Assembly: GCA_964252035.1 (NCBI GenBank)
Contig: OZ176204.1
Strand: one strand, 5' to 3'
DNA length: 64,000 bases
Source of the DNA: Podarcis erhardii
Taxonomy: Eukaryota
In this document: piece by piece, positions 1-13,464 of the stretch
How the letters are laid out: each line of letters starts with the position of its first letter
Position numbering within the stretch: the first letter of the stretch is position 1
Position numbers and translations under genes: made by a program
Notes under the pieces: model-generated
What the model saw: only the letters and a program-made list of their open reading frames with translations
Database searches by the model: none
What the model was told of the DNA's origin: nothing

Positions 1-2730
1 CCATCCTCCACCTGCCCATTCCTCCCTAGGGAACAGCAGTGATGCCCATCCCAAACCCAGGACGCTCCAGAGGGCATGATGTGAAGGAAGCTAGCACCAC
101 TACCTCTGTGAAGATAACCACCAGAGCTGACCAGTTCACCACAGTTCCTCACCTCTTCACTACAGAACATACCAAGTCTCACGGAAAACCAGAGCAGTAG
201 TTCTCTGAGGGTGGAGGTAAGCAAATAAGGAACAAATACACACTGGAAAAGAAATGAAAATGTCTGAACACTTCTGAGTCCAATTCAAAAAATATCAAAA
301 GAAAGGCCTTTTAAAGCTATACTTTTTTATCCATACATTTATTCAATAAATAAATACACTGGAATATCAACATCCCTGCTTTACATTTCTAGGAGAGTTC
401 AAGTGATTTGCAGTTTCCCATGGGCACTGAAGTTGTAGGAAGTGAAGAGGTGAGGAAACACAGACCCAAAAGGCCTATACTAACTCCGAGGGGAGCTGGG
501 GGTGAGAAGAGTCCAGATTTCAAAAGGCATTCTGTGTATGTCCTTCTCCCATAGACACTTTGTTTAGTCCTTCTGATTCTTCTGGCACTGAAGACTGGGC
601 TGCTGATAGGTGGGTAAAGAGGACACTGGTGCACAAAATCCACTGTAAGCAAGGCCCCACGACTGGCCCCTTGGCGGTGTCCAGGGCCCAGAAAATCCTG
701 TTGGTACCCTTGCCTCTGTGTGGGAAAATGCCTTGTCACGGCAGGCATTGACCCCAGAAGCTGAAGTAGAGTCCCTCAGAGCTGGGCCATGGCATGCCAG
801 GAAGTGGGAGTTAATGAATCATGATTTAATGGCACTTCCACAGCCTCCTCCTTGTGTGATGAAGATGTCAGCCCATCTACCTCCTTTCCTGAAAGGACTG
901 GGGACACCCGGCGTGGCAGAGATTCAATCATAGAGACATAGGCCAGGGCTGGCCTCTGACGCTGAGACAGAAACCCAAAGGTGATAACACAAGACCTAAT
1001 TCCAAATGGTCCAGACCAACCTACACAGTTCACCAGACAGGGTCTCAGACAGGAAAGTCTTCCTTCAGACTCTTCTAATGATTGGCTTTAACTGGAGAAG
1101 ACAGTGAGAAATGGAACCTGGGACCTTATATGTATAAACACTCTGTCACAGAGAGGGAGGTTATTACAGTATCAGAACTGGAATCCTGGGGAGTCTGCAT
1201 GGCAAAGGAACAGAAGGTTGTAGAGACGGCAGTGGTGCAGGAACAACACCAGCACCCTCCTTGTTTGCTGGCCTGAGGTATGGCTTGACTGGTTGACCTG
1301 GGCCATAAAAAGTGGCACTCTGCATTTCACCAGGTGTGTACAATTAGCTGGCAGTTCCCTGGTTTTGTTGAACCTTGGAAGTCAGGGCGAAGATGGTGTT
1401 CAAGATGAGGAATGGGAAAAGGGAAACTCCTTGTTCAAAATGAGGAGGCTGGTCTAGCATCGGGATATGAGACAGTAGAGGCGGGAACAGAGTTTGATAA
1501 GAGAAGTTATATGATTAAGATACAAAGGATTGTGGAGCAGTAGGACATCTCTTGTCCACACGAGGTATACTTGCCCAGTGACATCACAGAAGAAGAAATA
1601 ATAGAACAAAAAAGGTAGAAATTGTAGGAACAAAACTACTGTATCTTGTGGATTCAGAGGGAGCCAGGTGTTATGGTACCAGGGGAAAATCCTAGCATGG
1701 CTGAAATCTCCAGGAAAGGGAGACTCCAGAGATTCTAGACTCAAAAAGAAACATGTAGATCCAAGCGCATGTCAACTGGGAGATGTCAGCATGCTTCTAC
1801 CAAGGTCCAGAAAAACCAATTTGTTGGTGAGCCAACTACAATATGGGTCTGATGACTATAGCACAGTAATTTGTAACTCCCAGAGGTTCTCAGCTAATAA
1901 TCGGGTAAGGTCCAAGGAAGTTAAAGACGCAACTCTTCTGCGCAGAGTCTTAACCCAGAGCTAGATCCTGACAATCCCATAAATCTTGGCTACGTGTGCC
2001 TCCCAGCCGCACTCCCTGTTGGCTCCAGTTTTACTCAAAACATGTGCATTTTCAGTGTTGTCAGTGTCTTGTTATCAGCATCAGCCTTCCAGCTTTGGCA
2101 GTTCTCAAGAGATCCTGCCGGTTGGTGCTTGTGTGACACTGCAATGTGGCATTGCCATTCTTCAGTTACACATGAACACGCTCACCAGAATCAGATAAGC
2201 ACTGTCAAACAGAAGTGTTCAGAGAGAAAAGAAGTTCAGGAGAAAAAGGTAGTCTCCTTTTAGTCTGAATACCTGGGGGACTTAGCATTCCACATGGGTC
2301 AGTCTTTTATGCCCTAGATCTCCGTCACATCATAAAACATCAAAAAAGCTTCCGGTACAAGCTTCAGTACAAGGCAGAACCACCAGCCTCCAGAAAATCA
2401 GCTTACAATGTGCCACAAACCAGCTGTGGATGCATCACAGATGGGAGCCTACAAGATAAATAGCTCAAGGAGACTCAAGCTAATGAGCCAGGCCCCCTTT
2501 TGCAGAGGGGAATACTTCCTGGCCCATATATGATAAGCAGCTAGTCCCTATATCATTCAATTACAGCAAACAACTTATTTATTTATTGTGACAGTGCCAG
2601 GCCCATGGATGTGATGGAATCCCAGTTACAACTGGCTTATTTAATTGACCCTCAGTACTAATCGTTGACATGAACTAAGGAACATAATATCTTTTGTGGC
2701 AATATTGGTGGGGCAATAACGTGTCTAGAC

Positions 2731-2921
2731 CATAGCTGTCAACCTCCCCTTTTTTTTTGTGGGAAATCCCCTTATTCCAGCACCATTTCCCACTGCTTCC
2801 TGCTGCTATCCCGGATTGTTAACATATCCTGCAGACTGTCCCCAGCACAGGTGAGACTGCTGATCCCTTATTTTGGAGGCTGCTGATCCCTTATTTTCAA
2901 ATCTGAAAGTTGACAGCTATG
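2731..2921. mobile_element. hAT-superfamily MITE
   Basis: Perfect 13-bp TIRs CATAGCTGTCAAC (2731-2743) / GTTGACAGCTATG (2909-2921). 8-bp TSD gtctagac/gtctagat (7/8 match) centred on TCTAGA, a hAT-type target. Confidence 0.9.
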
Positions 2922-3065
2922 GTCTAGATGCTACATTTTGTCACAGTCAAAGCAAGGCCATTGTTGGAGGTTTCAGGTAGGTCTCCTAGATGGCTTTACA
3001 CCCATGGCCAGCCCTACCAGGAAATAGTGAGTCACCTCAACTGAAACAAAGGGAGCCTATAGACC

Positions 3066-3316
3066 TAGGTGTGGCATGTGGCCCACCCTGCCCTGCCCCA
3101 ACCCTTCTGTCCTCAGGTGCTGTAGAAGACCCTATCCCATGGCTAATGTCAGAATAAGATTTAACTGGGGGGGGGGGGAGAGTTGTATCTGAAGTTGTCA
3201 GTTGAAATTAGTCTTGTACTTTGAACTTTGGTTGAATGGCTTACTAGGACTTAACTCTGGAACAATAAATGCTACTGCTGCAGCTGTTCCGGTCTGTGGC
3301 ATTTGCCCTCCTTACA
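3066..3316 (+). mobile_element. possible solo LTR (Gypsy-like)
   Basis: AATAAA at 3264-3269, ends ...TTACA, and is flanked by a 4-bp direct repeat gacc. The 5' end lacks the canonical TG. Confidence 0.3.
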
Positions 3317-3484
3317 GACCAGTGAGGTAGCCTGGAGTGGTGTGATTTATTCAGCAGCAGTTGCCAATGGAGCTGGCTGGGTGCATAGTAGAGACACCAC
3401 TGAAGAATATTGGAATGGCACAGAAGGTGTGGCTTTTGTCCTGCAACTTAGATTTCTGAAAGAGAAATCACAATTTCACGATAA

Positions 3485-3670
3485 TCCTTTTTAAAAAAAA
3501 TAATATTTTTTATTACTTTTCAACACAAATATACAATTTTATCCAAATTTTCACAAATTATCTCTTTTTGGACTTCCTTCAGCTCCTCTGCCAATCATCT
3601 ATATTTTCCTCTCGATTACACATTCCCTAAATTTCACAATAATCCTAAATATGTTTTTACTGAAGTTATG
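3485..3670 (-). mobile_element. L1 LINE 3' end fragment
   Basis: The reverse complement resembles the 3' UTR and A-rich tail of the L1 fragment at 57050-57555. Boundaries approximate. Confidence 0.5.
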
Positions 3671-4817
3671 GCCTATTGATTGAGTTGAAGGTTCTCCGCC
3701 TCCACTCCAATTCTGTCACCTGCAGCAGGTGAAAGTGAGCCCATGGGGACCTACCGACTCTTTATATATATAAAAAGAGACTTGTGGCATCTTACAGTCT
3801 AACATGTTTACTGTATGTCACAATAAACCTGTCAGTCTTTAAGATGCCACAGGAGTGTTTCTTTTTGCTGCAACAGCTTCATAGCAGGTTTTTTTTGGGG
3901 GGGGGGGTTGAATTTATTTTTGTGATGATCCCCCAAGCTAGTGCTTTTAGAAGCCTATTGTTGGCATATATCTGTCTCAATAGACAATGGAGTGTGCCTC
4001 CGGGGGTGAAGTCAAAATCACTGTGTTATTAGCACCAAAGTGACCTCCCTGGGTGCAAGTCTGGGTAACGTATGGAGGTCCTGGGCTGCCCAGATGACAA
4101 GTCCCTGCTCTCAGCCTTATTGATGTGGCTCAAAGGAAAGCAGAGAAATACATTGGGCACCACCTTGACTGCAGGAATTGCCGGGAGGAGGCCTACAAGA
4201 CACCACCTAATCATCTTAGGGTTTCCACTCCAGATTTCCACCCAAAGATATCCCGCAAGGCAGTGGAGTTGTGGAAAGTATATAGATTTATTATTATAAA
4301 AAGTACTCTGAGCATGTGCAAAATGCCTTTCCTTAAGCAACCACACATATGTTCCACAGTGCAGGCGGTGGGCTTTCCCCCGTTGTCCATCTTCAGGATT
4401 TACCTACGTGGGACCTTTCACACGACCCAAATACCTTGATTGTCTTTGGGTGCTGAGGGCACACCAAGTTTTCCTCAAATCTATACCCGGAAGCGCGCCT
4501 TCTGCTTCCTCGGGGATTGCAAAGAGTACGCGTGAACAGATGCAGATGCTTTCCCCCCGCTGATGACAGAAACGCACGTGTGATTCACGGGGAGCGGGTG
4601 TGTGGGAATGCTTTATAGGTTCCGGACAGTCACAAGGCGCCTCTTGCCACCCGCGTTACACCCCAGCACTGCAGTCGGTGGCAGCACGGAGAGCCGACTG
4701 CGCGAATGCCACTGGGTCGTTTCGTGGGCGCTGTGAACGGCATCCGCCATAGCAAAGAGATAGAACGCGATGGAATGAGAAGACGCTTGCGGAGCAGGCA
4801 CTCCTATACCCCTAAGG

Positions 4818-4837
4818 ACTACATTTCCCAGCATTCC
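4818..4837 (+). promoter_or_regulatory. ZNF143/Staf (SBS, ACTACAnnTCCCA) site
   Basis: ACTACATTTCCCAGCATTCC lies immediately upstream of the GC box and the putative first exon. Confidence 0.8.
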
Positions 4838-4869
4838 TCGCCATGGAGGGGCGGGGCCAGGCTGGGGGC

Positions 4870-4926
4870 GGGCGGAAGCGGCGAAGGCGGAAGCAACAGA
4901 GCCAGCACGACCCTGCCGTGCGCCCG
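4870..4926 (+). other. R3HCC1L: putative non-coding exon 1 of R3HCC1L (start approximate)
   Basis: Follows the SBS, GC box and ETS motifs. Donor CCG|gtaact at 4927. Confidence 0.5.
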
Positions 4927-6314
4927 GTAACTTGTCTTTTCCCCACCCCCCAAACTTTCCTATATCGGGTCCTAAAAACAACTTATTTGCCTTCCTCCTG
5001 CTGCCCTTTTCCCACTTTAGGACTGGACTCCCCTAATATCGACACCTTTTGCTGCTGGTCCTCCCCCGCACCCCGCGGTGTTCCTCCATCCCATAATGTG
5101 ACGGGGGCTATTACTGCGTCCTCCCCGCAGAAGCTTATTGCACTCGAGCAACAGGCGGGGAGCAGTTTATTTCCACGAAGGAAGCGGCTGGGGCTTAAAC
5201 TTTAGATAGTTGAGTCGTCTCTGCATATAATATCCAAGATCACTTTTATCCATATAAAGCAATAGGACAGGCGGGTTGTACTTTTACCTGGAAGCCCCAC
5301 GCTGACTGGAAAACCTTGCCCCGTGGTTCAGGTGGGGGCCGGGTCGTGCTGTGGCTGCTGTCCAGGGAGATTCAGCCTTGTGTTAGAACTTTTCCAGACG
5401 GGCGTCGTGTTTGCGCATCACAAGGGCAGTTGTTCAAAGGGATCCGGGCCTCTTCCTTCAAGTTCACACTTCTGCCGTGGGGTTATTGCATTTCCCCATC
5501 GCGCATGCCGCAGCGCTTTGTCACTGGGTAAATCTTTCTTTCCTTAGTAGAAGCTTGTGAGTTACCTCGTGAAATACAGTTTTGCAGTTTTGATGAGCTT
5601 CGGTTGGATAATGCCTGTGACATCAGTGGCACTGAGGAGCACAACTCTTCCTGACGTTTGTGCCGTTTTAGAGAACTCTTTTTAAAGTCATATTTGCCTT
5701 TCATTGCTTTTTTAATCGGGAAGATGGTGTGATTCCAGATAGGTGTTGTTTTGATAGTTGCTTAAATGCTGACTGCTTCTTGTCTCTGGTACTGGAACAC
5801 ACACACACACCAGATCCATGAGGTTTCTGTTGCTTGTTATTTTTTAAAAAATTTGGTGCTCCTACTCACCCCCCAAATCAACGTGGTATTTTCCCCACCA
5901 GCAGCAAGTCTATTCTATGGGTGAAATCCTATGTATCATATCTCAATGGAAAAGGCATTTAAAAGCTGTGGTAAAAGGATTCAAGATGCTTATGCAAATT
6001 TTAACGTCCTTTTTAGTGGGCAAATAGCAACTGTCCACTATGAGATCTTAGTTAATTTTGCAACAAGTCATAGGAGAAGAAGTAGCCCCTTAGATACATT
6101 GGCTCAGTTTCTTAAAGCCTTCTAGTTCACAACCAGCCTGATGCCTGGAAGATAATAGAAGCCTGGGTAAATTTCATTTGTGTAAGAGTGATAAAAGAAT
6201 TTCAGTTATCCCCCACTGCCCTGCATGATATTCAGTTATCTCTGTCTATAGTTTTGTGTGGGATGTGAAAGTATCCATGACTAGCCCTGGAATAGATTAG
6301 ATTAATGCTGTGGC

Positions 6315-6433
6315 AGTGGGGGGGGGGGGGGCTTCAATAGACTACAACTCCCATGATTCCTAACCATCGGCTGTTCTGTGTGTTGTTGAGGGGAACTGGA
6401 GTCCAGCAATAACTGAACAGGTTACCCATCCTG
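6315..6433. mobile_element. degenerate hAT-type MITE with ACTACAnnTCCCA internal inverted repeat
   Basis: ACTACAACTCCCA 6341-6353 and a degenerate inverted copy at 6391-6402. Same architecture as 46998-47126. Confidence 0.45.
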
Positions 6434-9400
6434 GTACAATGAACTGTCTTTGAAACTCCTTGTACCAGATTTCCCCCCACCACACATCCAGACTCCTGGT
6501 CCTAGGAACCCTCTTGCCTGGAGCAGTCTCAGAGACTTTGTGCTCCTTACCTTACGTGGGTCTCCTGCTCTGAGTTCTGGCAGTGCTTTGTGTCCTCCCT
6601 GCCTTTTAACTGGTGCTGCATTTTGGGAAGGTCATCACTGCCCCTCACCCACCAGGTGAGGCCTTTTCCTGTGCATTTTGGACAGGGGAAAATTATGTGA
6701 GCAGCAGCTATAACCCTTTTGGGTACAATGGATGAGCCATGGTAACCGCCGGGCCTTTATTGAATTAGAAAGAAATTCTGTTTGTCAGAGCCACTGCAGG
6801 AGGGAAGTTATATGGTGTCCCTCAGAAGAGCTGCGGCGTACCTCCCTCCTCTCCTGACGCACTCATAGTCCCAGGCACTTGATGCCTCATAAAACACACA
6901 TCCCTTCGCTCCCAGCCACCAGGCTGTGTTTTTCACTGTCTCCTGCTAGTGCATGCCATAAGTGCCATTTTTCATTGTGGTGTTTTCAGCTCTCTTGTCT
7001 TGTTCACAGGCAGCTGCTGGTGACCAGCTGTGTGGCAAGAACAGTGCTTGTGCTGGAATTCAGATGGGGAGAAGTGTTGGGTAGTCCTTTAGTAAGGAGA
7101 GGCCAGGATTTAGTTAGGGGCATAAACGTGGTTTTGCTGACAAGTTGGTGTGTACATGACCAGGCTTTTGAACTTTGCAGATTCTTTCATTAGGCAAGCA
7201 CATGTAGCAACTACTAAGCCTGAGCAGTGTATAAATTATGTTATTTAAGGTGGATGCCAGTAACCTATGCCTGGCTGTGTGCTGCTTTTCTGTGATTTAG
7301 ATCCTTTTGTCATTTCAGATTACAATCAAAATAAAATAAAACTTAGGACTCTGCTGTTGAGTACATTAATGAATCCCCAATATGGCAGCTGTGAGCATCA
7401 TGGTGTCCTCAGACACCCTTCTGAGCACCTGCCTTTTTTGGCCATTTGTGATTTGGGGGGTGTTTCCCTGTTTTCCTCCCCAGTGTGTTGTTTTCTTTGG
7501 GATGCATGTAGGTATTCCACTTGTTTTAGGAGCATGTCTCTGGGCATCCCCAGTTCTTCTTTTGTGAAATGGGCATTTTGTGGTGCCCACTACAGTTTCT
7601 TAGATTTCCAAATGTGTCCCTGGCCCCAGAAGGTTGAAGGCCCCTAGTTGAATCCATTTTCTGAATAGCATTTAATATATCATGTTATAACCTTTGGGCT
7701 CAATTTCATTTTCTCTTTCTCTCTCTCTGAACTCTGTTTTTTAAAGTTGTGAAACCCTATTTCCATTATGTGTCCCAAACCAAATCAACTGGTTTCTCCA
7801 CTCCTGTTAAAACGCTCAGTTCCTACTTGGGGGAAGAAATTCACACAATTAAGAGAGTGAGATGTAAGCATAGAGGTTCTGGGGGAGCACAAAGTGACTG
7901 GGGGGAAATTGCAAAGAGAGCAGCAAACAAGTTAGATAACTGTCTCCCTCCCAGGTTTTCAAGATTTCCTCTGCAGCCTAGGAGACTCAGCACCTACTGT
8001 CCTTTGCAAAAATAGAATTCTGTGGATTCCAACTTCTGACCAGTGAACTCAGTTTTCTAATGGGCGAAGCTGTTGAAGCTGCAGCCCATGTTTGAGGAAT
8101 TGTGGGCTTCACGTTTGCTGTGTGGGCTTCAAGTGGATGGGTGTGGGAAGGGCCAAGCAGGCATCCTTTGGCTTAGTGGGCATGAATTATTCTCAGGAGT
8201 GTGGGTACTGAGGCTGGGTCAGGAAGGGCAGGCAGTACAGCCAGCCTCTCACTGTTAAGCCCGTCAGCTGTCCTGCAAGAGCTGCCACTAGGGATGGCTT
8301 GAAGCCCATTGCCATCCCTGTTTAGGCTTTGCAGTCTTGGTGAGCCTATACGGACCCTGCGCAACAGAAGGGCTGCTTCTTGTGGGAGAGGGACATACTG
8401 AGTGTTGAATATGGCTGTCTGAGCACAGAACTGAAGGAAAGGAGGAGCTTTTCTAAGGGATTCATGGAGGGGCATCTTGCCCATGGGAGACCACTGAGAA
8501 TGTCACTTCCTTTGGCCTCTGCCTCTTTTAATCTGCCAGGTCTACCCCACCAATTCCATCTACTTTGCCGGGTTCCTTTGGGCAAAGCTGATCTTCCTGA
8601 TTGTGGGTGCATCTTGCCTGTCATCCCCCCTTCCTCTGGGGTGTGATGTTTCTGCAGCCTGAAATAGCAGCCGCTCTTTCATCATTGTCAGCTCATCTCC
8701 AGTTTGCTCTCACCCTGTGTCTCTTTCCAGGTTTCTGTCCCTGCTCAGCGCCTGCATTTCCCGTCTCTGCAAGCTGTGCCTTGCCCGGCTGAATCGCGTC
8801 TTATTTCTAGCCTCCCTCACTTCCTTTGAATTATTTCCTTGTTCTCTCAGCTCTTTGCTGCAAATTCCCCTTTAGTGTCATCTGCAAATGTAATTGTCAG
8901 GCATTTGGGAAATAAAAATTGAGGAAACTTTCCCTGAAGTTCAGTTGCATCGAATTTTAATGCTGTTTCTCCACTCAGTATCTTTTTATGGCAATTCTGA
9001 TGGAGTTGGTCTTGTGCTCTTTTAATCCTGGGTGCCCCTGATCCCATCACTGTCACTCGTTCTTTGTCTCCCCCTTTTCTTATACCCTGTATTGATGCTA
9101 TGCTTGGGAGCAGGCATTTTAGAAATTGCACGTCCCTTTCCTCTGCCGGAAACCCAGCCAGGCTTAGGGAGAAGCTGCATTTAGAGGGCAATAATAATAA
9201 TAAAAAGCAGCTAGGTGGGGTATGCAAGAACCAGCAATGCAAGGTGCCTCTTGCTTAGACCACCCCCCCTCCTGCCATTAGCAATAGCTTATCTGGGGTT
9301 CAGTCAGCTCATTAGCTAAACCTGATTTGGCCTGGTATGCATGTTATCAGGAGGTGCTGGTTTTAGATGTATATGTGCTGGATATTTTTTTCACAAGGTC

Positions 9401-10737
9401 ATTCCTTTCATCTTTTTAAATAATCTTATTCCTGTTGGACTCCTTGTTATTTTCATCTCTCTCCCTTTTTATTGATGTGCTCTCTGGCTGGGCCTCTGCC
9501 CTTGATATATCTGTACAATCCTGCCTAATTCCCTTAGTTCTTTTGGTCAGACATTAATTCACTTTTCTCCGTGGTTACATTGTCCTTTCCATGCAGCCTT
9601 AAAGGAATGCCATTGACTCCAGACCCCATTCTTATGTCCGACTGGTGTTAGTGCTTAACTCAGGAGACGGGCAACGGGCAGAAAATGAACTGCTTCCTCT
9701 GTTGTGTCTTATTATTTTTAAAGAGATTTGTCTTTGCATGTTTGGAATTGCCTCGTGAAGTGCAATTGATTCCCTGTTCTTTGTGTGGGTCTTTACAGTT
9801 CATTGGGGAATCAAGTATGGAGGGCAAGAGGGGTTTTTTCTGTTATAAAGGAAAAGAATGTGGAATAATATAGATGTGAAATTGTATGACTCTAAAAGGT
9901 GATTGAGAATCAGGGCAGGGGTGGGATATGGATCTCCTGCCATCCAGCTGGCTGGATTCAGAGCTCCTTACTGGCTTTATGACAAGTGTTGCAAGTGTTC
10001 CTAAGGTGCAAGGGAGCATGACTGAGCCCCCAGGCAATGTTTTTCCGCTTCTGCTTTGCAGGCTGCTTCCTGATGGCAGTCAGCTCAGTCTTTTGCTGCT
10101 GAATGGGAAGGTTTCTTTACACTCTTGCTCCAACAGCAAGCGTAAATGATACGGTATTTATAGCCTTCCCTCAGACCACTGTATGAAAGATCCTGCAAGT
10201 GTTGTAGCCCTCCCCGCCACAGAAGATACATCACCCTCTGCCCAGGAAGACTGGGGAAGAAGGGGCAGGAATGGTCGGAGTGGTGCAGGGCAGCTTTGCC
10301 TTGCAGGGATTTCAAAACAGAGGTTTTTGAGCTGCCTGTAAGGAAGCATAAAAGCCCCCGAGGAAGGCGTGTTCTGGCCAAAGCACATTGGGCATCAATG
10401 ACTAGTGCAATATTCTTCAGCATCCTGAGATTGGTTCTCCTGCTTTTTTTTCTTTTGTATTTTTCATTGGATGCTTCCCATTCCCCACCCCTCCCCATGG
10501 CATTAACTGGTTCCTGGCTGCTGAGTTTTGAATGTTGCTAGCTTTGGGTTTTATTAGACTGTTGGATACTGCTTTTAAGAAAGCTTCTTGCCTGTCTAGA
10601 ACCAACACTTCTTTTTTCCTGTACAGAAGTGCAGATCTGAGTGCTAGGAGTTGCGTTAATGCACACAGCCCATTGTCTCAACTACTAGACTTTCGTTCAT
10701 AGGCATTCCCCTGTTCATAGGCATTCCCCTGGTCTAC

Positions 10738-11000
10738 AATAATAAGAAGAATAATAATTTTTTATTTATATCCTGCCCTTACCGGTTCAAAAACCAGGCT
10801 CAGGGCGGCTAGCAACAAATTCAAAACACTTAATTATAAAAGCAGCATAAAATACTGTATAAAAACATGAATAACAATAAAATTCAAAAATAAAAATCAA
10901 TTAGATAATCCCCAGGGCTAGCTGGCTGAATTGGGCCAGCAAGGAGGCCAGGAAAGAATTAGTTGTGGGGTCTCAGAGCGTGCGATCTTCATAAAAGGGG
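10738..11000 (-). mobile_element. L2-like LINE 3' end
   Basis: The + strand reads aataataat-ttttatttatatcctgccct...cagggcggct, the reverse complement of a squamate L2-type tail. Boundaries approximate. Confidence 0.5.
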
Positions 11001-13464
11001 AAGGGGAGGGAAGAGAAGGGAAATGAAAGGTGGAATTTCCTTGGGGTGGGGGAATGGGACTCTGATATTGGGGGTTGGCCCACTGCTACTTTACCTATTG
11101 CTGAGAGCAGGTAGGTGGGATTTTTTGGTGTGTGTATTGCACCTCTGGCCTATGGTAAGGAACTTGGAGGAAAAGATGCTGCGCAGCCTCATCATTCCTT
11201 TGCCAAGGTTTCCTTGCTGTGGAGGGGGAGGCACTCTTGCCATGTGCATGGAGACTAAATGAGTGGCGGCGTCCAAAGGGCTTTCTAATTTGGGCTGTTT
11301 GGAGTCTCCTTGCACTTCTCTTTTATTGGCGTTATTATTTTGGAAGAAGCACCCGTTATGCAGCACGCCATAAAGAGTGACATTGTGCATGTGCGAGCGC
11401 TGAGTGACACCTGGTGCTGTCCCTCAAGGGCACTTTGCTGTTCCCCAAGCACCAATCAAGAGCCGCTCCCACTTTGCAGGAAGGAGGCGGGTGGGCAGAT
11501 GGAGTTCTGGTCACTGCTGAGCCCAGGGAGGGCAGCAGCCAAATCCCTCGGGCTGGTAAAGGAGCCGGCGTGAGCTTTGCTTCCTCAGTGCTCTGGGGCA
11601 AGGGAGATTTAGCACTGCCTTCCGTTCACTGCCCGGTCCAAGGGGTTGCCGTTTCTCTCCTGTGATCAAGGCTCTAAGGTTAAATATTCTATTGATGGAA
11701 TTATGGATTGAGTGGAATCGGAAGCCTCAAAGGCTAAAAATACAGTTTGCTGCCAGGAAACAATATAGGCTGCTGGGAGATGCTGGGGTGCCACTTCAGC
11801 CCTGTGCTGCAGCTGGTGTGGTGGATGGATTTCTGCTCTAGGGGTGTCCTGATTACACAGTAGACTTCCCCTGTTTTTCCGATCAACAAACGAGCTCTCT
11901 GTTCCAAATAGCAGCGGCTTCAGGTCCCAGTCGCTCGTCCTGGCTGTGTTCCTTTTACAGGATATCACTTGCTTTTTGCCAAGACAGGCGCGCCAATGGA
12001 ATTATATTCTGAGGATGTCTTGTAGTGAAGGCTGTTTGTGTGCATTTTCATGTGGCACATCTGCTTGGGTTTTCTCTGATGCGGTTGCTGGGTGATTTAA
12101 ATATATATTAATTTTGCTAAGCTTGGGTCACTATGGCATTCTGGGCTCCTGTTGCTCAGCAGGCTCAGTGGGCTTTGTCTTTTGTCTCATGTTTTTCCTT
12201 AGATCAGCCCCGTACAACCCGATGCCTGAGGACTGATGGCGGCTTAGTTGTGACCACCTGGGAGAATTCCAGATGCCCCTTGGTGGTGGTCCTTTCCCCT
12301 GCTGCATAGGAAATCCCACCGAAAGGCCACTAGGACCTGAGCTTTCAGTGTCACTTTGCCTACACTCCATCCCAGAGGCATGTGAAGGAGTTGGCACCAG
12401 CTTTTCCGTGTCACCTGGCCCGCCTCAAGGTGCCTGTTGCTGGCAGAGTGGAAGCCAGCTGTGCTGTTGCCACTGAATTCCAAGAAGGGAAGAGTAGATG
12501 TTGCAAGCAGAGGAACAGAAGCAAAGAAAGGCAGTGGAGGAAGAAAAGGGAGGGCAGGTGAATGGGCTCACAGAAAGTCTTATAGGGTGAGAAAAGAGGA
12601 AATGACTGGTTAATGAACAGAAGCCAGAGAAGAGGGCCATAGGGTGCTGATAGGAAAGAACATGGAGTGAAAGAGGTGAGGACCCTAAGAGACTTGATGT
12701 GATACAGAAAATGAAGAGCATTTAAGGTACAGAGAAAAAACAGGGAGTAAAAGTGATGGAGGCTGCAGGAGTAACTGAGAGCTAGATAGAGCATTTGGAG
12801 AGAGAAAGGAGTGGAGGGTTCACAGAATACTTTTGAGAGAGATGTGATGGTGCAGGGAGAGGATCGCGCTTGCGATGGGATGCAGAGAGAGAAAAACATA
12901 ATAGAGAAAGGATTAAAAAGAAAACACAGTTAAAATGAGAAGAAAAAACGCTCATGTGGTTAGCGGGAAAAGTCTCCCTCAGAGTAAGCTGAGGTGCATA
13001 CCTTTGTCTGCTTGAGAACCAACACCATTCTTTCAGTTTTGGCACAATGGCTGACTCAGCCTGGGAGCTGCCTTGTTGCTTCTGCGGTTCTTCAGCTCCT
13101 GCCCTGCCCCTCGTTGCGGACGGAGGGCTTTAGCGCAGAAGTTAGTGCAGCAAGTTGGAAGTTACGTTGCTCGGTGTAGTGTGAAAAGGAGACACGCCAA
13201 GGGACACTGATTCGACCCTCTTGAGCATGAAATGGGTTGGTGCCGAGGCGTGGCGGGGGGCGTCTGATGGAGTGTGTAATAGACTGCGGATGCGAGGGAG
13301 ATACAGGATCCAAAGGAATGGAATTTGTGGGCTGCAGTTTCTTTCCCTGCCCTTAAAAAACAAACAGAACAAAACAAATCTCTGCAGAGGCTGATGCGGT
13401 AGCCATGGCCTAGCTAGGCTTCCTGCAGCACAGGGCAGGGTGCTTGAAATAATAATTTTCAAAA

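Larger units (their letters stand above)
4480..5520. promoter_or_regulatory. R3HCC1L: CpG-island promoter of R3HCC1L
   Basis: Dense CpG. ETS-type CCGGAAG/GCGGAAG motifs, GC box GGGGCGGGGC 4848-4857, E-box CACGTG near 4576, and an NRF1-like GCGCATGC near 5501. Confidence 0.8.

Noticed and set aside
3165-3178. Poly-G and poly-C runs (also about 6317-6331, 44448-44460 and 61580-61593) as G-quadruplex elements
   Set aside because: They are single homopolymer runs, common in this genome, and their lengths are unreliable in assemblies.
4560-4840. Pol III type-3 snRNA-like gene (Staf site plus TATA on the - strand)
   Set aside because: I found no recognisable PSE at the expected position, no known ncRNA sequence and no nearby oligo-T terminator.
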